Below, one piece after another: positions 18,888 through 28,800 of a DNA stretch of 64,000 bases. A model generated the notes under the pieces. The model saw only the letters and a program-made list of their open reading frames with translations. It ran no database searches and was not told the DNA's origin. This DNA comes from Methyloligellaceae bacterium. GTDB lineage: Bacteria > Pseudomonadota > Alphaproteobacteria > Rhizobiales > CBDHHC01. The stretch covers positions 79,134 through 143,133 of the forward strand of contig CBDHHC010000005.1 in assembly GCA_965263345.1 (NCBI GenBank), given 5' to 3'. The position numbers and the translations under genes are program-made. How positions within the stretch are numbered: position 1 is the stretch's first letter; every line of letters begins with the position of its first letter.

Positions 18888-19559
18888 ATGATAATATTTA
18901 AAAAGTCTTTTCTTATAGCTAGTCTTGCACTCATGATGATTAACCATCCTCTCGTAAACGCACAAGACTCAAATGCTCTTTCTGATCAGGAACTTAAGCA
19001 AGCAATTGATATAGAAAAACAACATCTCCAAAATCAATTAGCCGCCCCTGCTACAACACGTAAGACAGGTATTACAGGCCTGGCGGCAACAGCAGCTGGA
19101 CGCAAAGGCAAAACAGTCGTCACATCAATTGTCCCTGTTGGCTCTACCTCTACAATTGAACGTAGTAAAGTTATAGCCCCTGCCTCTTCAGTTGGAAAAA
19201 AGCGAGCTGTTGTAACACGCTATGATTATTCAACAGGTATCACGACACGAACAACTATTGATTTGGGTAGTGGTAAGGTACTGGCTGTTCGCAGTAAATT
19301 AAATTATCCGACAGCTCTAGCTGCAGAAGAACTTGAAGAAGCAAAAACTCTCTTAATTAAAGAGGAGCCAGCAATTGACAAAATTGTGAAAGAATATGGT
19401 TCAGACAAGGTTAAATTTTTTCATCTGACTTTGAACTCAAAAAATCCTTCAGACAAACGATACGGACACCGTCTGTTATGGCTCTGGATTGCCAAACCAG
19501 TTCAAACAAACAAATATCTGGTAGACTTAAGCACAAACGAAATTGAGAAGATCAAATAA
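18888..19559 (+). CDS. Secreted protein corresponding to the N-terminal (D2/D3-like) domains of copper amine oxidase
   Basis: 223 aa with a Sec signal (MIIFKKSFLIASLALMMINHPLVNA). NALSDQELKQAIDIEKQ resembles the start of the amine-oxidase N2 domain. The C-terminus HRLLWLWIAKPVQTNKYLVDLSTNEIEKIK resembles the end of N3. Comparison is to remembered E. coli/Arthrobacter sequences. Confidence 0.55.
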   Translation: MIIFKKSFLIASLALMMINHPLVNAQDSNALSDQELKQAIDIEKQHLQNQLAAPATTRKTGITGLAATAAGRKGKTVVTSIVPVGSTSTIERSKVIAPASSVGKKRAVVTRYDYSTGITTRTTIDLGSGKVLAVRSKLNYPTALAAEELEEAKTLLIKEEPAIDKIVKEYGSDKVKFFHLTLNSKNPSDKRYGHRLLWLWIAKPVQTNKYLVDLSTNEIEKIK

Positions 19560-19665
19560 TTTACTCTGATAAGATAATATATCAGTAGCGCATATCAAAC
19601 ACATATATTTTAATAAACTAATTACGATAAACTTTCAAAATTTATAACATATGTTGGAGGGTAGT

Positions 19666-20934
19666 ATGTCAAAAGGCTCTATGAAATTCCTGAGGTATGT
19701 TTGTGTTTTTATAACTTTCTTCATGATCCCAATTATCACAAGTCATCATTCGATTGCAGCAGAATTAACACAATATTTTCCAGCCGTGCCTGAAGGACAA
19801 ACATCCCCAGCGAAAGAGAGCGGCTGGCGCATTAAATGGCAAGTTCTTGAACCTGGCACACACGATTATGGAGGCTCTGCGATTCTTGAATTTCAAAGCA
19901 TTGAATTTATGAAAGGTCTCAAGGAGGACGGGACTGAAGACTGGGTTAAAATTTTAAATAACCTAGCCTTAGCGGAAATGTATGTTCCCTATAACAGTGG
20001 CACAGCTTTTCTAGATGTAAGCCAGTTTAATTTTAGCCTTTTGCCTGCCAAAGAATCTTATTTGCCAAAACACGGTGTTGTCAGTGCTAAAATTGAAGAT
20101 CGTTACGTTATCAGTGAAGTCATTGATGATGGTGTTAGGTGGCTTGACAATAATGATGATTTTAAAGTCCAACGAGGGCAGGCCATTCGCCTTTGGACCA
20201 CATTACATGCTGCAAACTACACTTATACTATTGTTTATACGTTTGCAGATGACGGACGGATAAGTGTACGTGTTGGTGGTACCGCACAAAATTTACGGGA
20301 CCTAGTAAATGAAGATAGTCTGAATAATGCAACCCATGTTCATATGGGAGCCTGGCGCATGGAGTTTGACTTAGGAGATGCAAACGCTAATAAAGTAGAA
20401 GTTGCAGAACGTGTTCTTGACCCAAATACAAATCGATACCGCGTCCAATTTCGTCCCTTTAATGGTGGTAATGAAGGGGGTGAAGATTGGAACCCAGAAA
20501 AATATACTGTGATTAAAGTAACAAATAATGTCACGATGAACCGTCATAATCCGCCCCGCAATATCTCTTATGTCTTAAAAACCAAAAAAACAGGAAAACT
20601 CAAAGACAGAGAAGATATTACCTCACATGATTATTGGGTCAGCAGGTTGGTCCCTGAAAACGAGGAACGTCGTGCTCAATCTCCGGAGCTTCGTTACATT
20701 GATTTACCAGATAATGTTTCCCAACCAGAAACACTAGATAATCAGGCTGTCGTGCTATGGCATAATGCCGGCTTACAGCATATTCCAAGGGGCGAAGATT
20801 TTGGGGCAAATGGTTTTTTTGCGGCAGATGGAGCGGCCATTAACTCATATGCTGGATTTGATCTTGTGCCAGTTAACCTCTGGCATCAAACACCTTTCTT
20901 AAAACGCCCGTCTACTCGCGTGAATAGAAATTAG
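19666..20934 (+). CDS. Secreted copper amine oxidase catalytic-domain (D4) protein
   Basis: Start is ATG 19666, 5 nt after GGAGG. It has its own signal peptide. Motifs: YVPYNSGTAFLD (catalytic Asp region), ANYTYTIVYTFADDGRI (TPQ Tyr motif), THVHMGAWRMEFDLGD (HxH Cu ligands), LWHNAGLQHIPRGEDF (third His). Confidence 0.75.
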   Translation: MSKGSMKFLRYVCVFITFFMIPIITSHHSIAAELTQYFPAVPEGQTSPAKESGWRIKWQVLEPGTHDYGGSAILEFQSIEFMKGLKEDGTEDWVKILNNLALAEMYVPYNSGTAFLDVSQFNFSLLPAKESYLPKHGVVSAKIEDRYVISEVIDDGVRWLDNNDDFKVQRGQAIRLWTTLHAANYTYTIVYTFADDGRISVRVGGTAQNLRDLVNEDSLNNATHVHMGAWRMEFDLGDANANKVEVAERVLDPNTNRYRVQFRPFNGGNEGGEDWNPEKYTVIKVTNNVTMNRHNPPRNISYVLKTKKTGKLKDREDITSHDYWVSRLVPENEERRAQSPELRYIDLPDNVSQPETLDNQAVVLWHNAGLQHIPRGEDFGANGFFAADGAAINSYAGFDLVPVNLWHQTPFLKRPSTRVNRN

Positions 20935-20983
20935 CCTGCGTTATAAAAAACTATCATTGACCTAAATATAAAGGACGTTAATC

Positions 20984-22849
20984 ATGAAATTGTATCAACC
21001 ATCTGAAGTAACTTTATGGTTTACAAAAATAAGCGTCCTTTCTTTCTTCACCATAAGCCTGCTTTCTATAGACATATCTGGCTCTTTTTTAGATAAACGG
21101 GTAATTTCTTCTCAAGGCCTGCCTTTTTTATCATTAATTACCATCGCACCTGTTCATGCTCAACAAACGACTCGTGACAAACTTGTTCAAAAAAATAAGA
21201 AACTAAAGGCTTTTTTGAGGAAGATTACTAAGACGGACGATATCATTAAAAAATTTGGACGCGCTAGAATTGTTGTTAAATATAAAGATAAAACTCCTAA
21301 AATTACACCTCCTGGAATCGGGACACGGGCTTGGTATCAAACTTGGAAATTTGTAGGGTTTCCAGCTGCTGCGCCTAGTAAACTATTAGGTAAATCAAAG
21401 TTTGTCAGAAAAGATGTAACGCAATCTGAGTTGGACGCTTTACGGAAGAATCCAGAGATTGATTTAATCATAACTGATATCCCACTTCCCCCAGCCTTGT
21501 TTCAGAGTGGTCCGTTTGTTCGACCTAAGCTTAAGCAATTTCCGTTAGCTAACCGTCCGAAGCGCCAGAGTCATGCTGCTATAGTCCTTGATACAGGTAT
21601 AGAATCTGACCATCCCTTTTTATCTGATGCTCTTTTAAATGATTTTGCAGCCTGTTTCTCAACGGAGCAACTAACTCCCCCCTTTACTGCAGAAACGTTA
21701 TGTCCAAATGGTGAACTGGTTGCAAAAGGTATTGGAGCAGCTGAGCCTTGTGATCCCAAAATTGTTTCTTGCGACCATGGTACACATGTGGCTGGAATTA
21801 TATCTGGATGGAATGGGAATTTTGATAATAAGGTCTTCCATGGCATAGCACCAGAAGTCCCACTTATTCCCGTGCAGATCTATTCAAAAATTACAGCAAA
21901 AGATGTTTGCGAAGCTTATGGTTTTGAGTCACCTTGTATCCTCTCATTTATCTCTGATCAACTCGAGGCTTTGGCCTATGCTCAAGAATTAAATGATAAG
22001 GGCGTTCCAATTGGTTCTGTTAATTTAAGTCTTTCTTTTGGTGCTCTTGTTGGTGCATGCGATGAGGATGAAACTGCAAAACCTCTTGCTCAGGCAATAC
22101 AAAGGCTATCTACACAAAATATTCCAGTTGTTGTCGCTGCAGGCAATGAAGCTGATTTAACCGGTGTGGGTATTCCAGGATGTGTAGATGCAGCTGTCAC
22201 AGTTGCTGCATCTGATAATGATGGCAAACTGGCACTTATTTTTCCTGGTACAGATGGCGGCTCAAACTTTTCAGATATGGCTGACCTAGGAGCGCCCGGT
22301 TTAGAAATTATTTCTTCAGTCCCAGGCAAGGGGTTTCAAAAGAAAAGCGGAACTTCCATGTCTGCTCCTCATGTTGCAGCATTATTAGCAAAAGCTCGAT
22401 CTTTAAAGCCTGAGATTACCGTCAAACAACTTATAGGGATTATATCAAACCTTTCAGAAAAAAATATTGAACACCCTCTATCGCAACTTAAAAGGCCTGT
22501 CGTTAAATTTGACGGAGAAAAGTTTTTAGCAGCTTTATCTCCAACGGGAGCTAATCTTTTGGCAGGGCCCGCTTCGGCAGGAAAGACAAGAAAGTTTTTG
22601 CAAACTTTTAAGAAAAAAAGCAACCGATTGATAATTGATTATGGAGATGATAACCCAGAGGAGTTACAACAGAAGATTTTCAAACTTCTTGAAAAAATGG
22701 GTATCAAGGTCGTTAAGACAGAAAATAAAACAAGTAAACTCAGTGTTATTGTAACGGAAAAACCTATTAATCCTGAAGAGCTAGAATCGTTAAAAGAAGA
22801 AAGCAAAATAAAAGGCCTTTATCAGGACGTACCTTTTCCTCTGCCTTAA
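20984..22849 (+). CDS. Secreted subtilisin-like serine protease (peptidase S8) with a ~130-aa C-terminal extension
   Basis: 621 aa. Catalytic triad motifs are in order: VLDTGIESDHP (Asp), CDHGTHVAGII (His), SGTSMSAPHVAALLA (Ser). N-terminal hydrophobic signal/anchor. Confidence 0.88.
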   Translation: MKLYQPSEVTLWFTKISVLSFFTISLLSIDISGSFLDKRVISSQGLPFLSLITIAPVHAQQTTRDKLVQKNKKLKAFLRKITKTDDIIKKFGRARIVVKYKDKTPKITPPGIGTRAWYQTWKFVGFPAAAPSKLLGKSKFVRKDVTQSELDALRKNPEIDLIITDIPLPPALFQSGPFVRPKLKQFPLANRPKRQSHAAIVLDTGIESDHPFLSDALLNDFAACFSTEQLTPPFTAETLCPNGELVAKGIGAAEPCDPKIVSCDHGTHVAGIISGWNGNFDNKVFHGIAPEVPLIPVQIYSKITAKDVCEAYGFESPCILSFISDQLEALAYAQELNDKGVPIGSVNLSLSFGALVGACDEDETAKPLAQAIQRLSTQNIPVVVAAGNEADLTGVGIPGCVDAAVTVAASDNDGKLALIFPGTDGGSNFSDMADLGAPGLEIISSVPGKGFQKKSGTSMSAPHVAALLAKARSLKPEITVKQLIGIISNLSEKNIEHPLSQLKRPVVKFDGEKFLAALSPTGANLLAGPASAGKTRKFLQTFKKKSNRLIIDYGDDNPEELQQKIFKLLEKMGIKVVKTENKTSKLSVIVTEKPINPEELESLKEESKIKGLYQDVPFPLP

Positions 22850-22871
22850 ATCGCTTCTTTGTTATTTCTTT

Positions 22872-23795
22872 TTAATCAACCTGAAGATATTCAGTAAAAA
22901 ATGTCGTGACTGCGCGTACAACTGGTGGGGCGTAAAGAATTGCCCGGTGACCTAAGTTGTTAAATGGTATTAATTTTGCCTGCGGCACTTCTGAAACTAT
23001 ATTTTCAGCACAACTAAATGGGATTTCACTATCATCTTGTGAGTGAACTAATAAAGCAGGACGTCCTGTGTTTGTTAGTAGGTTTGCTCCGGTGAAATCA
23101 TTAATTGATCTACCAGCCAGAACTTCAAGTTGTGCTTCAAAAACTTTCTGAGCTTGAGAATCAAGGCCATGATCCTCTCCAAATTCACGAGTTATATCTA
23201 CAAATTGGTTTGGCATTGAAATTAAAGTGTAGGCTTCAAATGGGTATGTTCTTGATAAGGGATAATGTCCTTCACCAGCTGTCAGCACAGCTAAAGCCCC
23301 TATTGAATGCCCCAATGCAAATTGGATAGGTCCCAATTTCTCAGCAACTTCTAATACAGAAATAGCACAATCAAAAAGACTTACCATTCCTCCTTCGCTC
23401 TTACCGTGTGCAGGCAAATCCATCAAAATTGCCCTATACCCTCTTCGCTTTAAAAAATCTCCAAAGGTACTCATAAAAGCAGATTCTGCTGTCCAACCAT
23501 GTATCACTAGAACATTTGCAATTGGTGTCTTTTCAGGCTGAAAAATATATGCCTGTACTTCACCTACACTTGTAGGAATACGTATTTCTTCTGATTGCCT
23601 TAAATGGTATCGGGCACGTTTAACGAGCTCTGCATGGTCATCTGTTCTTCGTGCGGAGAGTTCAGGTGTACAAAATTGCTCAAATGCACGAACTCCTGCA
23701 ATCTCAGCTGTGGTATTACTGGTCTCGCACAGGGTTTTTGAATATTTTTGTTTAATATTTTTTTGGTGAGAGGTCATAATGTGTATATAATGCAA
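22872..23795 (-). CDS. Alpha/beta-fold hydrolase
   Basis: 307 aa. Nucleophile elbow GHSIGA. VLVIHGW precedes it, and C-terminal HSQDD...GHRA is consistent with an Asp/His triad. Confidence 0.75.
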   Translation of the reverse strand: MHYIHIMTSHQKNIKQKYSKTLCETSNTTAEIAGVRAFEQFCTPELSARRTDDHAELVKRARYHLRQSEEIRIPTSVGEVQAYIFQPEKTPIANVLVIHGWTAESAFMSTFGDFLKRRGYRAILMDLPAHGKSEGGMVSLFDCAISVLEVAEKLGPIQFALGHSIGALAVLTAGEGHYPLSRTYPFEAYTLISMPNQFVDITREFGEDHGLDSQAQKVFEAQLEVLAGRSINDFTGANLLTNTGRPALLVHSQDDSEIPFSCAENIVSEVPQAKLIPFNNLGHRAILYAPPVVRAVTTFFTEYLQVD

Positions 23796-23985
23796 TCAAT
23801 TATAAATGAAAAAATCCATTTGATTAGGTGTGATATCCACCTAATCTAATGAGATATTAAGTGCTTAGTAAGTCAGAATCATGACACGTTAGTCTCTTAT
23901 ATTTAGATGAGAAATTGATATTTCTTAGAAGAAATATAGCGTCTTATTGTCGTTTAATCATGAAATATATGTGGAATGAATTAAT

Positions 23986-24435
23986 ATGAAAACTTTAATA
24001 GCCTGCAGCTTGCTTATTATTTCTATGGCGATTTCCTTGCCAACTTTTTCTCATCAAGGCGCTACCGGTGTGGTCAAGGAACGAATGGATGCCATGAAAG
24101 CTCTCGCAAATTCAATGAAACGACTCAAATCATTTCTTTTTCATTTAGATACTTATGATCCCAAAAAAGTGAAAGAAGTTGCCAAATTAATTAAAATGCA
24201 TGCAGACAAAATGCCTAGCCTATTTCCACGAAATAGTAATAAGCACCCCAGTGAAGCAACAGATAATATTTGGCAAGATTGGGATACTTTCATGAAACAG
24301 GCAAAGGAACTATCTTCTTATACAAATAAGTTAATAGATTTAGAGCAAATAGATAAAAATGATTTGAATATCACTTTTAATAAAATGGCTCAAACTTGCC
24401 AGGATTGCCACCAAATTTTCAGACAAAAAAGATAA
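23986..24435 (+). CDS. Class II cytochrome c (cytochrome c'/c556-like)
   Basis: 149 aa with a signal peptide. The single CQDCH heme motif near the C-terminus is the class II four-helix-bundle arrangement. Confidence 0.75.
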   Translation: MKTLIACSLLIISMAISLPTFSHQGATGVVKERMDAMKALANSMKRLKSFLFHLDTYDPKKVKEVAKLIKMHADKMPSLFPRNSNKHPSEATDNIWQDWDTFMKQAKELSSYTNKLIDLEQIDKNDLNITFNKMAQTCQDCHQIFRQKR

Positions 24436-24518
24436 GGATAAATCAGGTAATTTTTACTGACAGCACCGATCATTTTATCGTTATGGCAGGAATAATGTAT
24501 CGCTTACCTTTATAAATT

Positions 24519-25841
24519 TTATCTCTCTGAAAATGCCACATCAATTGATCTATATATTGGCTTTAATAAGTACTTTAATACTGACTTTGACCCTGTGATA
24601 ATCCGTGCATCAACCTGCATTCCAGGGAGTAAATGTAATGAAGATATTTTATTAGAATTCGTATTATCCCGGTCTATGGCAATATACCCTCTAAAATATG
24701 ATTTCCCATCATCATCCTTAAAACTTGATGCTGATATATCTGTTAACTTACCTAACAGTTTTCCATATACATTAAAATCGTATGTTGTAATGACGAGCTC
24801 TGCCGTATCACCTAATTTAACATGTCCGATATCTTTTGTTTGAATCCTTACCTCTGCAACCAATTCTTGGGTTGTTGGCACAACCTCAATAATATCTTTA
24901 CCTGGTGCTATAACAGCTCCTGTATTTTTAGGTACAACTTCTTTTATTAAACCATCAATAGGAGATCTAATACTCAATCGGTTAAACTGATCTTTAAAGC
25001 TACGCAATCTATGTTGTAGACTTATTTTTTCTTCAACGACCTTTGCTAATTCCTGGATTGTGGACTTTTTCACTTCAGATTGCTTCTGATGTAATCTTCT
25101 TGTTGCATCCGAGAGTTTCTCTTTAGCTTGCTCTAGCCTAACAATTGCAGAGAAAACTGCTGTTTGAGCTTTTTGATAAGACGCTTTTCGATCTAGTAAA
25201 TCTATACGTGATGTGTATCCCTGATCGCTCAGTTTATTTTGTATGTTGAATACTTCAGTCTTAATAGCAAGTTCTTTTTTAAATTCACTTACTTCTTTTT
25301 CATGAGCTTTAATTTCAAGCTTTGTATGCTCTATTTGATCTTCGATTGCAGCTATAATTTTATTTTGATCATTCACATTCGCTTCATATGTTGCTTGCTG
25401 TAATAGAATAAGGCTTTTATTGGTTTGCTTCAATTTCGAAAAATCAGGGCGTTCCCCTGATATCTCTGCACGCAATCGAATTTCTTCCAGCTTCAACCAA
25501 TTTAGACGAGACTTAACACGATTCAATTCACTAGAAACTTGTATTCCACTTAAGGTCGCTAAAGTTTGCCCAACCTTTACTTGGTCCCCTGGCCTGACAA
25601 GAATTTTTTCAATAATCCCACCTTCAAGATGCGAGATTGTTTTTATTTTACCTTGAGGAGTCAGCTCACCTTTAGTTGAGGCAACTTCTTTAATTTCTGA
25701 AAAACTTGCCCATACAAATAATAGTGATACACACGCAAATACAATATATAAAATGACAGATAGCATTCTTGGAGGATGACCATCTTCTAATTCTATTGGT
25801 CTGCTAATAAATTGACCGAAATTTCTTGAAAATAAACTCAT
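24519..25841 (-). CDS. HlyD-family type I secretion membrane fusion protein
   Basis: 440 aa. One N-terminal TM helix, a GGIIEKILVRPGDQVKVGQTL lipoyl-like hairpin, a long coiled coil, and C-terminal LLPGMQVDARIITGSKSVLKYLLKP. It lies directly downstream of the ABC gene. Confidence 0.88.
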   Translation of the reverse strand: MSLFSRNFGQFISRPIELEDGHPPRMLSVILYIVFACVSLLFVWASFSEIKEVASTKGELTPQGKIKTISHLEGGIIEKILVRPGDQVKVGQTLATLSGIQVSSELNRVKSRLNWLKLEEIRLRAEISGERPDFSKLKQTNKSLILLQQATYEANVNDQNKIIAAIEDQIEHTKLEIKAHEKEVSEFKKELAIKTEVFNIQNKLSDQGYTSRIDLLDRKASYQKAQTAVFSAIVRLEQAKEKLSDATRRLHQKQSEVKKSTIQELAKVVEEKISLQHRLRSFKDQFNRLSIRSPIDGLIKEVVPKNTGAVIAPGKDIIEVVPTTQELVAEVRIQTKDIGHVKLGDTAELVITTYDFNVYGKLLGKLTDISASSFKDDDGKSYFRGYIAIDRDNTNSNKISSLHLLPGMQVDARIITGSKSVLKYLLKPIYRSIDVAFSER

Positions 25842-25874
25842 TATTCAAACTCTTTAAAAATTATCTGATCTTTG

Positions 25875-28800
25875 TTATGCAGCGCTCGATAATCTATTGA
25901 GCATATCTTCTGGGTTTCCATCAAAAACTATTTGTCCTGTTTTTAAATATAGTGCTCTATCTGCCATCTCTATCAGAGATTCATTTTGTGTAACCATAAT
26001 AATCGTTGTGTTATCCTTTTGTGAGAGTAATATTTTTTTGAGCAACTCTAGCCCTTCTGGGTTTAACTTCTGATCAGGGTTGTCATAGAAGAATATTTTT
26101 GATGGTTTCACTAAGGTTCTTGCTAATAGTATTCTTTGTTTCAAATCATTTGGCATTTCTGCTATGCGTTTACTTGTTAGACGTGTGTCTAACCCTTCTG
26201 GTAGAAACTCTCCATATTCTCCAACAGTGAGCCCTAATTCCTCAGAAATTGTAGCAAGGTCTATTTCTGAAACTGTTGGGTTCGCAAGTTTTAGGTTTTG
26301 TTGTACGGTTCCATAGAAGAGATCTAAATTCTTTGGCACATAACTTATTGCGTGTCTCCATTCACCTGGATCTAATTGCCTAATGTCAATATCATCTGCC
26401 AATACAGCTCCACCACGAATGGGGTATAGACCAAGAAGGACTTTTAGTATTGTTGATTTTCCAGAACCACTGTTGCCAGTAATAGCAACAAACTGTCCTG
26501 GTTTTACTGAAAAGCTTAAACCTCGTAAAACAAAATCGTTTGTTGAAGGATAACCAAAAACAAGTTTTTTAGCTTCTATTTTTCCATTAAAACTACGATA
26601 TATTGAAGGCAGTTTATTAGGTGTTTTTTCTAGAGTAATCCTCATTAACTTATTAACTTGATCTAGACTCTGCAATGTATTTCCGAGTTGGGTTAAATTC
26701 ACAAATGCTTGATGTAATGGATTTAATACTCTCCACAATAATGCCATAACTGCGATTAACGCTCCTGCAGTTAGTACACCTTCCATGGCGAATAATGCTC
26801 CTAATCCAAGAGTAGCAATTCCAGCAATTTGTATGGCAGCTTGTGAAATTGTTTGTAGATTAAAGTTTAGAGCTTTGACATTAATATTTTTTATTTCATG
26901 AAAGTTTGAAAGATTCTGGAAACGTTTTATCCATAGCCCTTCAGCTGAAACACCTCTAATCGCATTATGGTTGTCCAACGCTTCTATAATGAGATTCTGT
27001 ACGTCTGCCTTGCTTGTACTCGCATCACTTGAGTATTTCTTTATCATAGGAATACATAACATAAGAGTAACTATATATAGACCTACAAGAGTTATAGGAA
27101 TTGCTACAATAGAACCACCAATAGCAAAAATTGCTATTAAGAAAATAAAGATAAATGGAATATCTACAATAGCATTCACTAGCGGCCCAGTGAAAGCTTC
27201 ACGGACACTTTCAAGAAGTCTCAATCTTGTAATTTGACTTCCAATAGATGCTGTTTCAGTTAAACCAATAGGCATATGTAGTAGGTGTGAAAAAGCCTGT
27301 GTACTTATCAATTCTTCTAGTCTGGCCCCTAAATAGGCTTGTGCTTTCCCACGGACAGTTCTTATGAGTATATCAGTACAAACAATAATGCTTATGCCTA
27401 CCATGAACGATAGAAGCACATAATTAGAACCAGCACCAATGGCTTTATCATAAACATTCATAACAAAAATTGGTAGAGCTAATGCAAACATATTACTAAG
27501 TAACCCAAGGCCTAAAATAATATACATCAAGCTCTTGAATTTCTTAAAAAGATCCCCTAGCCAATTGTGAGTTTTAACTTTTTCAGGACTCTCTCTATGA
27601 ATAGGAGACATTATATAGGCGACGCCTTTAAGCTCTTTATTGACATCAATATCTATAAACTCTTGTGTCTCACCATTAAAAATACTAAGTGTGTCTTCAC
27701 CCTCAAAACCTAATAAAACGTATGTTTTGTTTTTTGTCTCAAAGATACAAGGTAACTCTTCTTGTGTTAGTTTCGTGACGCATGTTCTTTTTGGCTTGGT
27801 CATGTAATTTAACCGGACAAGAACAGACCTCAAGTCCTCAACCGTTTCAATTTTATCAAAATGCGGCAAAGACTCAAAAAGGTGCCTTTCTATTCCGTTC
27901 CATCCCATAGCCATAAGCAGAGGATCTAAGCAATGTTGTGCAGCTGGTATTTTTTGTAGTTCTTCATTGTGTTCTGAGTTTGCTAGTTGATTTTCTAAAA
28001 GTTCTAAACTTTCGTGAACAGAATTTGATTTCTCAGGTCTGATCGTAATTTTCTCATCTATTTTCTGCAATGCGCCAGTATCTTTTGAATCATCAAAAAA
28101 ATCAATTTCTTGGTTAGCGCTTGCTGCAATGCCTTCATCTAGAAGTTGCCCGCCCCAAATTTCAAACCTCTGCTCTGCAATATTTAGAATATTATTATCC
28201 TGGCTGATTATTATAATCACCATGTTCTTTTTTAATTCATTAAGTGCGCTCTTAAGCATCTCAAAAGCGGAAGCATCTAAAATATTAGAAATATCATCAA
28301 GTATTAGTATTTTTGGGGAAAGAGAAATTGCTCTTGCAATTGAAATCATTTGTAGAAATGATTTTGGAAGGTCTTCATTGATACCATCACCAAGCTGAGT
28401 ATCGTAACCGTTAGGAAGCAAGTGGATATCATTTTCTAATCCCAGCAAAGCCGCTATACGCCTTGCCGCATGTGTATCCGAGGTTTCTCCAAACATTGTA
28501 AGGTTACTGATAATACTACCCTTAAATGACGATGGCTTACTACTGACATACGCTATGGATTTTTGCAGATATTTATTTTCATCGTCGGTAGCATATTCTG
28601 TCCCTATTTTAATAGTTCCTTGCGATGGTGCTTGATACAAACAGAGCAAATCAATGAATGTTGACCGCTCAACAGCATCACTAATTTTAAACCCTGTTAT
28701 TTTGCCTTTATCACAAGAAAATGAAACAGATTCGATAATTGTTCTTTCTAATTGCTTATTGTGATATGTAAGGTCTGTGACTTCCAACTTAGCTTCTATC

